64,000 nt of DNA. Origin: Candidatus Eiseniibacteriota bacterium (lineage in GTDB: Bacteria > Eisenbacteria > RBG-16-71-46 > JABDJR01). Shown piece by piece: positions 11,391-20,063 of the stretch (positions within the stretch are counted from its first letter, which is position 1; each line of letters starts with the position of its first letter). The notes under the pieces were generated by a model. It did no database searches. It was not told the origin of the DNA and saw only the letters and a program-made list of their open reading frames with translations. Where the stretch lies: assembly GCA_963783375.1 (NCBI GenBank), contig CAWANH010000028.1, positions 1,504,001-1,568,000 of the forward strand, in the 5' to 3' direction. The position numbers were made by a program, and so were the translations under genes.

Positions 11391-12239
11391 ATGCAATTCC
11401 CCCGGATTCTCACCTCACTGTTCGTTCTCGCTCTGCTGACGCCCCCCGGTGCCCTGGCCGCCTCGGAATTCGAGGTTCCGGTGAACCTCGCCCCCGGACC
11501 CGTCCGCCTGGCCCTTCCCTCTCCCGACGGCACCCGCCTGGTGGTGGCGGGAGGCCCGGGGGTCGCGGGGAAGGAGCACACGGTCATGGTGGTGGACCTG
11601 GCCTGCGGCCGGGACTCGGCCCGGGTCGTGACCCTTTCCCGGAGCGCGCCCTACGACCCGGTTCCGGCGGGAGTGCCCGAGGATTTTCTGAGGCTTCAGT
11701 GGAGCCCGGACGGCCGGCGCGTCTACGCCCTGGGCGGGGTCTATGAGATTTCCGAGAAGGAGGGCGCCCTGACCGGCAAGCTCCTCCGCCGGACGCCGAA
11801 GCCCCTGTTCGATTTTCGTTTCGGTCCCGGGGACGACGCGGCAGGAGTGGCCATGCGCTACGCCGAGGAGCGCCAGATCACCCGGAGCCGCAAGGGGTTC
11901 GTGGTCGGGATCGAGTACGCCATGTATCCCCTGGATCGGGAGCTGGTGATCCCCATTCCGCCCCGGGAGAAGTACGGGGTGGCCTGGATCACCGAGGAGT
12001 GGCCCGAGCCCCCGATCCTGGACTACGACGCCGACGGCCGGCTCCTCATCTTCTACCCGTACCACAGGATCACCGAACTCTACGCCCCGGGAGGCGTCCG
12101 CGACGAGGTGAAGGACCGCAGACCCGCCCCCCGGCCCGAGCCGGGCCTGGGCCCCTTCAGGTTCAAGAAGCCGTGCTCCCGGGAATGGACCCTGATCGCC
12201 GACGGCAAGTCGGACCGGGTGCGGGTGAGGTTCGAGTAG
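11391..12239 (+). CDS. Secreted hypothetical protein (WD40/TolB-like fragments)
   Basis: Signal peptide MQFPRILTSLFVLALL...ALA; SPDG motif twice; ends 2 nt before the ABC gene. Confidence 0.65.
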   Translation: MQFPRILTSLFVLALLTPPGALAASEFEVPVNLAPGPVRLALPSPDGTRLVVAGGPGVAGKEHTVMVVDLACGRDSARVVTLSRSAPYDPVPAGVPEDFLRLQWSPDGRRVYALGGVYEISEKEGALTGKLLRRTPKPLFDFRFGPGDDAAGVAMRYAEERQITRSRKGFVVGIEYAMYPLDRELVIPIPPREKYGVAWITEEWPEPPILDYDADGRLLIFYPYHRITELYAPGGVRDEVKDRRPAPRPEPGLGPFRFKKPCSREWTLIADGKSDRVRVRFE

Positions 12240-12241
12240 CG

Positions 12242-13012
12242 ATGCTCGAGGCCCGCGGTCTCACCCGGGATTACGGCACCTTCCGGGCGGTGGACCACCT
12301 CGACCTCGCCGTGGACCGCGGGGAACTCTTCGGATTCCTGGGAACGAACGGGGCGGGAAAGACCACCACGGTCAAGATGATGGTGGGGCTGTTGCGCCCG
12401 ACCGAAGGCACCGTCCGGGTGGACGGGGTGGACGTGGCCCAGAACCCAGCCCAGGTGAAACGCATGGTGGGCTACGTGGCCGAGGAGCCCCAGCTATACG
12501 ACAAGCTCACCGTCCGGGAGTTCCTCTGTTTCTGCGGCGAACTGTACGGGCTGGGGGCGGGGGAATCCCGCCGGCGCGCCGAGGAGTGGATGGAGTTCAT
12601 CCAGCTCCGGGGCCGGGCCGGGCAGCTTCTGGAGGGGCTCTCCCATGGGACCAAGCAGCGGGTGGCCCTGGGCGCGGCCCTCATCCATCGCCCCCGGGTG
12701 CTGTTCCTGGATGAGCCCACCGTAGGGCTCGATCCCCGGAGCGCTCGCCAGGTGAAGGACCATCTCCGGGCGCTCTGCGAAGGAGGGACCACGGTCTTTC
12801 TCACCACCCACATCCTGGAGATCGCGGAGCGGATCTGCGACCGGGTGGGGATCCTCCATCGGGGGAAGCTCCGGGCCCTGGGGACGTTGGATGCCCTGCG
12901 CGGCCGCTCCCACGACCGGAGCCTCGAGGACATCTTCCTGGAGCTGACCGAGGGGGGCGAGGGCGCGATGCCCCCCGCCGAGGGCGGAGACGGAGGGGAG
13001 CAACCGGCATGA
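12242..13012 (+). CDS. ABC transporter ATP-binding protein (ABC-2 type)
   Basis: GTNGAGKTT, LSHGTKQR, FLDEPTVGLDP and TTH motifs. Confidence 0.95.
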   Translation: MLEARGLTRDYGTFRAVDHLDLAVDRGELFGFLGTNGAGKTTTVKMMVGLLRPTEGTVRVDGVDVAQNPAQVKRMVGYVAEEPQLYDKLTVREFLCFCGELYGLGAGESRRRAEEWMEFIQLRGRAGQLLEGLSHGTKQRVALGAALIHRPRVLFLDEPTVGLDPRSARQVKDHLRALCEGGTTVFLTTHILEIAERICDRVGILHRGKLRALGTLDALRGRSHDRSLEDIFLELTEGGEGAMPPAEGGDGGEQPA

Positions 13013-14589
13013 TCGGCTTCCACCGCCTCCTCGGCTACCGGTTGAAGGCGCTCTGGAACGGCACCCTTTCCGGCCAGGCCCGACACCGCGGCCTGAACTG
13101 GGCCATGATGATCTTCGTGATCCCCCCGTCCCTCCTCTTCTTCTGGGGGGCGGGCGCGGCCATGGGGATCGAGGCCCGGAGCCTGTCCAATGGCCCCGAG
13201 CTCATGAACTGGCTGGTGGTCGGGCTTCTGGCCGCCGAGTTCCTGCTCATGCTGATGGGAGAGGTGGGAGGCTTCGCGAACCTGATCTTCTTCTCCAGCC
13301 GGGGGGAGTGGCTTCGCCGGGCCCCCATCACCGGCCGACGCTACCTCTACTACCAGATCGTGGAAGGGGTGCTGGTGATGGCCGCCGTACCCACCTTCTT
13401 CCTCTTCACCATCTACCTGAGCCTCATCCTGGGATACCACGCCACCCCGGCGGCGCTGGTGGCGGGGGTCGTCTCCTTCGGGCTGGTTCGTCTCATGCCC
13501 CTGGGGCTCTCCCTGGTCATGGTCTGGGCGCTCATTCCCCGCACCAACCGCGAGACCTTCCGCTGGCTGGATGCGGCCTTCGGAATTCTCTTCGGGCTTC
13601 TCATGCTCGGTCTGTGGCGGCTCCACTACCAACCCGACACCTTGCCGCGGCTCATGGAAGGAGCCTACGTGCCGGAGGTTCCCCAGGTCCTGGTGGTGTT
13701 CTTCCCCCCCGCCGCGGCGGGCAGGATCGTGGCGGCGGTGCTCGAAGGCCGAGGCATTCCCCTGGAAACCCTGGCCCTGGTGGTGACCCAGTCCGCGCTT
13801 CTCATCGGGCTCCCCCTGGCCCTGGCCGGACGCATGATCGACGAAGGGCGATTCCCCGAGCCGGCTCCCACCACCAGCCAGCAGGTGCGGAGCTGGTTGC
13901 TGCGCGGTCCCTCGGGTCCCCTGGCCGCCATGGTTCGCAAGGACCTCCTGGTGTTCATCCGGGAGGGGAGATTGGGACTCAGGCTCCTCTCCTCGGGGGT
14001 GGTCACGTTCATCTTCCTCTGGTTCCTGGCCGGCGCGGCTCCCATGGGTCCGGCCGCCCCCGCCCTGCTCCTGGTGTTCATCCTGAGTTCCGAAGCCGGG
14101 ACCCTGGTCGTTCCCTCCGAGGGGAGGGCGGTGGTGTGGCCCGCGGTGGCCCCGCTCTCCCCGTTCCGCTTCATCCTGGGGAAACTGATCGCCGCGCTCC
14201 TCCTCTGCGGCTTTCTCTCGGCCGGCTTCTTCGCTTTCCTCGCCGCGGTCCAGCACTGGTCCCCCCGGGCACTGGGCGAGCTGATCCTGCTTTCCCCGCC
14301 GGTCGCGCTCTTCGGGGCCTCGATGGGGGTGTTCCTGGCTGCCCGATGGGGGCGCTTCGACTGGGACGATCCCCGCCGCATGCTTCATCCCGCCGCCCAG
14401 ATCTTTCACGCCCTGATCATGGCCCTGGGCTTCGTGGTCACGGTGGCGCTCACCGGGCTCGATGCGGAGCTGGGCACGTATCTCCATAGGACGGTGACCG
14501 TGGTGGCGCTCGCGTTGTGCCTGGGATTCATGGCCGTCGCCTTCGCCGACGCGGTGCGGACGGCGCGCCGCCGGGAGTGGACCCTGTGA
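13009..14589 (+). CDS. ABC exporter permease (two-module membrane protein)
   Basis: Many hydrophobic helices; 'KDLLVFIRE' and 'ILGKL' motifs; ATGA overlap with the ATPase. Confidence 0.8.
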   Translation: MIGFHRLLGYRLKALWNGTLSGQARHRGLNWAMMIFVIPPSLLFFWGAGAAMGIEARSLSNGPELMNWLVVGLLAAEFLLMLMGEVGGFANLIFFSSRGEWLRRAPITGRRYLYYQIVEGVLVMAAVPTFFLFTIYLSLILGYHATPAALVAGVVSFGLVRLMPLGLSLVMVWALIPRTNRETFRWLDAAFGILFGLLMLGLWRLHYQPDTLPRLMEGAYVPEVPQVLVVFFPPAAAGRIVAAVLEGRGIPLETLALVVTQSALLIGLPLALAGRMIDEGRFPEPAPTTSQQVRSWLLRGPSGPLAAMVRKDLLVFIREGRLGLRLLSSGVVTFIFLWFLAGAAPMGPAAPALLLVFILSSEAGTLVVPSEGRAVVWPAVAPLSPFRFILGKLIAALLLCGFLSAGFFAFLAAVQHWSPRALGELILLSPPVALFGASMGVFLAARWGRFDWDDPRRMLHPAAQIFHALIMALGFVVTVALTGLDAELGTYLHRTVTVVALALCLGFMAVAFADAVRTARRREWTL

Positions 14590-15953
14590 CCGCCCCCCCC
14601 CGTCCCCGCGGCGTGGTGGTGGACAAGGACGAGGCCCGTGGACGGGAGCTGACCGCGTTCCTGGACGAGCAGGTGGGGATCGACGCCACCCTGGTCCGGG
14701 ACGGGGAGGCGGCCTACAACGTTCTCGACGGCGAAACCGTTCACGTGCTGGTCACCGATCTCAAGTCCCAGCGGATCGACGGGATGCGCCTGTTGGAGAT
14801 CGCCCGGGCCAGGAACTCCGAGGTGGCGGTGGTCATCATCGCCTCCGAGGTCGAGCTCTCCACCGCCACCGAGGCCATGCGGCGCGGGGCCTACGACGTT
14901 CAGACCCGCCCCATCAACTTCGAACGCTTGAAGGCGGTCCTGGAACGGGCCATCTCCCACCAGCGGCTGGTGGTGGAGGTCACCGATCTCCAGGCCCGGC
15001 TCGATCATCGATACGGGGTCGATTTCCTGACCGGGAAGTCCCCGCAGATGATCTCGGTCTACGACCGCATCCGCCAGCTGGCCAACGCCCGCACCACCAT
15101 CCTGGTTTCGGGGGAGACCGGCACCGGGAAGGAGCTGGTGGCCAAGTCCATCCATCACCTGAGCCCCCGCCGGAACGAGCCCTTCGTGGGCCTCAATTGC
15201 AGCGCCCTGGCCGAAGGGGTGGTGGAGAGCGAGCTGTTCGGTCACGAGCGGGGGGCGTTCACCGGAGCGGTGGCCGAGCGGAAGGGGCGGTTCGAGATCG
15301 CCGACGGCGGCACCCTGTTCCTGGACGAGATCTCGGAGGTGAGTCCGGCCATTCAGGTGAAACTGCTCCGGGTGATCCAGGAACGGGAGCTGGAGCGGGT
15401 GGGGGGAACCCGCACCGTCCAGGTGGACGTGCGGCTCATCTGCGCGACCAACCGGGACCTCGGCGCGCTGGTCCGCGAAGGACGGTTCCGTGAGGATCTC
15501 TACTACCGCCTCAACGTGGCCTCGATCCATCTTCCCCCCCTCCGCGAACGAAGATCCGACATCCCGCTCCTGGTCGACGAGTTCATCGGTCAGTTCGCCG
15601 AAGAGAATCGAAAGCGCATCAAGGGGGTGACGCGGGGGGCGATGGAGCTGCTCATGCAGTACGACTGGCCGGGAAACGTGCGCGAACTCCGGAACCTCAT
15701 CGAGGGCATGGTGGTGTTCGGCCACGACGGGGAACCTCTGGATGTCGGGGATCTCCCCAATCACCTGCGGGTCCAGCCTTCCGAGTCACGGGACCTGGGC
15801 CTCCGGGTGGGAATGACCATGGAGGAGATCGAGAAGCGGGCCATCGAGGAGACCCTGAAAGCCACGGGCTACGACAAGCAGCGCACCGCTCAGATCCTGG
15901 GAATCGGACTCCGGACCCTGTACCGTAAGATGAAGCAGTACCAGGGAAACTGA
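14586..15953 (+). CDS. Sigma-54-dependent response regulator (NtrC/AtoC family)
   Basis: Receiver domain (VLVTDL); GETGTGKE, ESELFGHE, GAFTGA, FREDLYYRL, WPGNVREL; Fis-type HTH. Confidence 0.95.
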   Translation: MTAPPRPRGVVVDKDEARGRELTAFLDEQVGIDATLVRDGEAAYNVLDGETVHVLVTDLKSQRIDGMRLLEIARARNSEVAVVIIASEVELSTATEAMRRGAYDVQTRPINFERLKAVLERAISHQRLVVEVTDLQARLDHRYGVDFLTGKSPQMISVYDRIRQLANARTTILVSGETGTGKELVAKSIHHLSPRRNEPFVGLNCSALAEGVVESELFGHERGAFTGAVAERKGRFEIADGGTLFLDEISEVSPAIQVKLLRVIQERELERVGGTRTVQVDVRLICATNRDLGALVREGRFREDLYYRLNVASIHLPPLRERRSDIPLLVDEFIGQFAEENRKRIKGVTRGAMELLMQYDWPGNVRELRNLIEGMVVFGHDGEPLDVGDLPNHLRVQPSESRDLGLRVGMTMEEIEKRAIEETLKATGYDKQRTAQILGIGLRTLYRKMKQYQGN

Positions 15954-16044
15954 TCCTTCCGCAAGAATCCGATAAACATTAGCCGCTGTGTCGTTGATCC
16001 TTCCGGGAGGCCGGGGCATCGCCCGGCGGTGTCCGTTTCCTGGA

Positions 16045-16063
16045 TAATATGATTATCATTGTT
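16045..16063. promoter_or_regulatory. AT-rich Fur-box-like site upstream of the cyclic-nucleotide cassette
   Basis: Reverse complement AACAATGATAATCATATTA matches 14/19 of GATAATGATAATCATTATC. Confidence 0.35.
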
Positions 16064-16211
16064 TGAAATTGGCCTGCAATTGCTAGTCTGGCCTCCATCG
16101 ACGGGTCTCCCGCCGATCCACGGTCCTTTCGGGGGGAGGGGCTGCCGGCAGGACGGCGATCGCCCATCGCTCCCCGGACGACGCGATCCCTTTCGTGGAG
16201 GAGGTGTGGTG

Positions 16212-17585
16212 ATGCCGCTCTCGAACATGGAAACCCCCGCATCCGCGCGTCTCGTCGACGGCTCCCGGGTGGGCGTGGTGGGAGGTGGTCCCGCCGGCTC
16301 TTTCTTCGCGTATTTCCTGCTCACCACCGCCGAGCGACTCGGCATGAGCCTCGACGTCGACCTCTACGAGTACCGGGACTTCGGGAACCTGGCCCCCCTG
16401 GGATGCAACATGTGCGGGGGCATCGTTTCCGAGTCGCTGGTGCAGATGCTGGCCGCCGAGGGCATCGAGCTGCCGCCCTCGGTCATCCAGCGGGGGATCG
16501 ATTCCTACGTGCTCCACATGGACGTGGGAAGCGTACGGATCGACACTCCGATACACGAGATGCGGATCGGGGCGGTGCACCGCGGGGCCGGCCCGAGGGA
16601 CGTCAAGACGCCCCGGTGGGGAAGCTTCGACGGTCATCTCCTCGGTCTGGCGGTGGAGAAGGGGGTGAAGGTCCGGCGCGAGCGCGTGGAGCGGATCACC
16701 GGAGACGGGGACCGGCCGGCGATCGTGAGCCGGGGCGGCGGGTCCCAGACCTACGATCTCGTGGTGGCCGCCGCCGGCGTCAACTCCTCGGTCCAGAAGC
16801 TTCTGGCCGGGACGGACCTCGACTACCAGGCGCCGCGCACCACCAAGACCTTCATCCGCGAGTACTTCCTGGGGGAGGAGGCGATCAACCGCCTCCTGGG
16901 GAGTTCCATGCACGTCTTCCTCCTCAACATTCCCCGGCTCGAGTTCGCCGCGGTCATTCCCAAGGGGGACTACGCCACCGTCTGCCTGTTGGGAGAGGAC
17001 ATCGATACGGAACTCGTGGAGGCCTTCATGCACGCTCCCGAGGTGAGGTCGTGCCTTCCCGCGGATTTCCCGATCGAGGAGCGCTCCTGCCAGTGTTCGC
17101 CCCGGATCAACGTGGCGGGAGCGATCCGCCCCTTCGCGGACCGGATCCTGGTCATCGGCGACGCCGGGGTGACCCGCCTCTACAAGGACGGGATCGGCGC
17201 GGCCTACCGGACGGCCAAGGCCGCGGCCACCACCGCGGTCCTACACGGCGTGTCCGCCGCCGCCTTCGACCGCCACTACTGGCCCACCTGCCGGGCCATC
17301 CTGGACGACAACCGAATCGGGAAGCTCACCTTCGCGGTGACCCGGCAGATCCAGCGCCGCCGTGTGGCCCGGCGGGCCGTCCTTCGGATGACCGTGGACG
17401 AGCAGGGCCGGAAGGGCTCCCGGCGCCGCATGAGCCGGGTGCTCTGGGATGTGTTCACGGGAAGCGCTCCCTACCGGGACATCTTCCTGCGGAGCCTCCA
17501 CCCGTCCTTCCTCGGCCGCTTTGCCTGGGACCTGTGCGCTTCGGTCGTTCCGCTGCGAACGGCCGGTGAGGAGGTGGATCGATGA
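16212..17585 (+). CDS. FAD-dependent oxidoreductase (geranylgeranyl reductase-like fold)
   Basis: VGVVGGGPAG Rossmann motif; GCNMCGG; IGDAG....YKDGIG second FAD motif. Confidence 0.85.
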   Translation: MPLSNMETPASARLVDGSRVGVVGGGPAGSFFAYFLLTTAERLGMSLDVDLYEYRDFGNLAPLGCNMCGGIVSESLVQMLAAEGIELPPSVIQRGIDSYVLHMDVGSVRIDTPIHEMRIGAVHRGAGPRDVKTPRWGSFDGHLLGLAVEKGVKVRRERVERITGDGDRPAIVSRGGGSQTYDLVVAAAGVNSSVQKLLAGTDLDYQAPRTTKTFIREYFLGEEAINRLLGSSMHVFLLNIPRLEFAAVIPKGDYATVCLLGEDIDTELVEAFMHAPEVRSCLPADFPIEERSCQCSPRINVAGAIRPFADRILVIGDAGVTRLYKDGIGAAYRTAKAAATTAVLHGVSAAAFDRHYWPTCRAILDDNRIGKLTFAVTRQIQRRRVARRAVLRMTVDEQGRKGSRRRMSRVLWDVFTGSAPYRDIFLRSLHPSFLGRFAWDLCASVVPLRTAGEEVDR

Positions 17586-17953
17586 GCGGGGATGGTTTGG
17601 GCCGCACCTTCGAGAACGGTGAGGTTATCGTGCGTCAGGGGGAGGAGGGGGACTGCATGTACGTGGTCCAGGAGGGCCAGGTCGAGGTGTACCTGGAGAA
17701 GGAAGGCCGGGAGCTTCCGCTCCGCGTTCTGGGCAAGGGGGAGTTCATCGGGGAGATGAGCATCTTCGAGCGGGAGGTCCGCTCGGCCTCGGTGCGCGCG
17801 GTGGGCAGCGCCCGCCTCCTCACCGTGGATCGGGTGGGGTTTCTCCGCCGCATCCACGAGGATCCCTCCCTGGCCTTCCGCGTCGTGCAGACCCTTTCCC
17901 GGCGGGTCCGCGACCTGAGCGACGAGGTAGCGCGACTTCGGACCGACGGCTGA
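17582..17953 (+). CDS. Stand-alone cyclic nucleotide-binding domain protein
   Basis: QGEEGDCMYVV.EG.V, FIGEMS and RSASVRA phosphate-binding cassette; no HTH. Confidence 0.92.
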   Translation: MSGDGLGRTFENGEVIVRQGEEGDCMYVVQEGQVEVYLEKEGRELPLRVLGKGEFIGEMSIFEREVRSASVRAVGSARLLTVDRVGFLRRIHEDPSLAFRVVQTLSRRVRDLSDEVARLRTDG

Positions 17954-17961
17954 GCGGGGAC

Positions 17962-19005
17962 ATGCCCGAGGCGATCCGCTACGCACCGCTCCCCCCGTCG
18001 GGATCCGGGACCATGGAGCTGGTTCTGGGCGAGGGAACTCCGGAGGAGCGGCGATTTCCCTTCGATGCTCGTCTCCAGATCGGTCGGGGCGTCGGAGGCG
18101 GAACGCCGCTGCCCGGGGTGCTGGCCATCGACGACCCCACGGTTTCCTCCCGCCACTGCGTCCTCAACCGGACTCCCGACGGCCGTTGTTTCGTGCGGGA
18201 CCTGAGCCGGAACGGAACCAAGGTGGACGGCCGGCGCCTGGTCCCGAACGTCGAGGTGGAGCTTCGGGTGGGAGACGTGCTGACGGTGGGGGAGGGGCAC
18301 GCGTTCCGTCTCCGGGGGGACCCGGCGGGAGCCGCCGCGGCCGGCGCCGCGGAATTGCCGGGAACGCTCCTCGCCTCCGGCATCACCGAGGCCACGGTGC
18401 TGGTGGGGGACATACGGGACTACACCCGCCTCATGCGAACGGCCTCCTCCTCGAGTACGCAGCAATCGGTGGTCCGGGTGTTCGCGGAGCTGGAAAAGAA
18501 GGTGGTTGAGTACGGGGGCACGGTCAAGGAGTATCAGGGGGATGCGGTGTTCGCGTTCTGGGAGGAGGGTCCCGCGGCTCCCTCGGCGGCGGCGGCCTGC
18601 CGGGCCGCCCTCGCCCTCGAGGAGGAGGGCCGCCGGTTGGCCGCGAACCGCTCGGTCTGGGACGTGGAGGGATTTCCCCTGGGTCTCGACTGGGCCCTGG
18701 CCACCGGATCGGTGATCATCGCCAGCATGGGAGGCGAGCGGCCGATCGGTCTCTCCATGGTCGGAGAGCCGGTGGTGCGCGCCTTCCGTCTGGAGAAGTT
18801 CGCCGACCGGGAGACCGGGCCGATCCTGGTGTGTCGCACCACCCGGGAGCGGGCGGGGAAGGAGTTCCGGTTCCGCGATCTGGGGGAACGACTGGCCGCC
18901 GGATTCGATGCTCCGGAGCCGATCTACGCCCTCCTGGGTCCGGCCGGGGAGCCGGAACCCGGCAACGACCCGCGTGAGGATACCCTCGGGAGACAAGAAC
19001 CGTGA
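17962..19005 (+). CDS. FHA domain plus class III nucleotidyl cyclase
   Basis: FHA motifs IGR, VSSRH, DLSRNGT; cyclase motifs GDIRDYT, EYQGDAV, VGEPVVRAFRLE. Confidence 0.9.
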   Translation: MPEAIRYAPLPPSGSGTMELVLGEGTPEERRFPFDARLQIGRGVGGGTPLPGVLAIDDPTVSSRHCVLNRTPDGRCFVRDLSRNGTKVDGRRLVPNVEVELRVGDVLTVGEGHAFRLRGDPAGAAAAGAAELPGTLLASGITEATVLVGDIRDYTRLMRTASSSSTQQSVVRVFAELEKKVVEYGGTVKEYQGDAVFAFWEEGPAAPSAAAACRAALALEEEGRRLAANRSVWDVEGFPLGLDWALATGSVIIASMGGERPIGLSMVGEPVVRAFRLEKFADRETGPILVCRTTRERAGKEFRFRDLGERLAAGFDAPEPIYALLGPAGEPEPGNDPREDTLGRQEP

Positions 19006-19787
19006 GGATCCGGATCCTTCCCTCCGCGTCCGAGAGCGCGGCCCAGAACCACTATCTCACCTCGTTCCTGGTGAACGACGAGCTGGCGGTGGACGCCGGC
19101 TCGTTGGGGATCTATCGGGAGCCCCGGGATCAGGCGCGGGTGGATCACGTCTTCCTCACCCATACCCATGCCGATCACATCGGAACCCTCCCGGTGTTCG
19201 TGGGGAACCGTCACGGGTATCCGGTCGACGAGGGAGGGGAAAGCGCGCCGCCGGTGGTGATCCACGGCTCATCCGAAGTGTTGCGCTCGCTCAAGTCCGA
19301 CGTGTTCAACGACCGGGTATGGCCCGACCCCGAGCGGATTTCGGAGCCGGGGCGGCCGATCCTGGTGTTTTCCCCCCTGCACCCCGAGACCCCGGTGGAA
19401 GCGGGGGGGCTTCGGGTCACCCCGGTCCCGGTGGACCACGTGGTGCCGACGATGGGGCTCATCGTGGACGACGGCGTCTCGGCGGTGGTATTCGGCGGGG
19501 ATTCCGGTCCCACCGATCGCATCTGGGAGCTGGCCCGCGGCCTCCCTCATCTCCGCGCGATCTTCCTCGAAGCGACCTTTCCCGACGCGTTGGTCGATCT
19601 GGCCGGCATCACCGGGCACCTGACGCCCCGCCTCTTCCGGGAGGAGGTGTCCAAGTGTCCCGGCCAGGTGGCGGTGGTGGCGGTCCACATCCGACCCCGC
19701 TATCGTCGCGACGTCGAACAGGAGCTTCTGGAACTCGGGATTTCCCGGCTGATCCTGGGCGAGCCCGGCCGGGAGTACCGCTTCTGA
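19002..19787 (+). CDS. 3',5'-cyclic-nucleotide phosphodiesterase (class II, MBL fold)
   Basis: DAGS, THTHADH, FNDRVWPD, VDHVVPT, GDSGPT, EATFP and GHLTP motifs. Confidence 0.9.
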   Translation: MRIRILPSASESAAQNHYLTSFLVNDELAVDAGSLGIYREPRDQARVDHVFLTHTHADHIGTLPVFVGNRHGYPVDEGGESAPPVVIHGSSEVLRSLKSDVFNDRVWPDPERISEPGRPILVFSPLHPETPVEAGGLRVTPVPVDHVVPTMGLIVDDGVSAVVFGGDSGPTDRIWELARGLPHLRAIFLEATFPDALVDLAGITGHLTPRLFREEVSKCPGQVAVVAVHIRPRYRRDVEQELLELGISRLILGEPGREYRF

Positions 19788-19960
19788 GCCGAGCTTCCCG
19801 GCCCGTCGAGGGGCCGGAACCCCTCCCGGTGTCCCTTCCCGTTCGGACCCTCCCCCCCGGATGTCCCCAACGGTACGCCGCTCGAACCGGGCCGAGCCGT
19901 CCGGTTTTCCAACTACTTGTCGTTCAATCAATTAAGGCCGCACCGGGCGGGTGGTCGGAT

Positions 19961-19976
19961 TGGCACCGGGGTTGCA
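19961..19976 (+). promoter_or_regulatory. Sigma-54 (-24/-12) promoter
   Basis: TGGCAC-CGGGG-TTGCA, exact consensus spacing; IHF-like TCAA-N4-TTA at 19924-19934; about 90 nt before ATG 20064. Confidence 0.8.
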
Positions 19977-20063
19977 ATCCAATCGGACATCCAGGGGTGG
20001 AACGAACCCGGGCCTTCCGAGCGGAGGCCGGTCAAGACGACACACGTGACGGAGGACCCAACC

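Noticed and set aside
16070-16084. Sigma-54 promoter TGGCCTGCAATTGCT before the cNMP cassette
   Set aside because: GG-to-GC spacing is 9 nt, not the required 10
16212-19787. Canonical Pycsar or CBASS defence system
   Set aside because: No TIR or TM effector is fused to the cNMP domain, there is no CD-NTase, a phosphodiesterase is included, and the context is not a defence island
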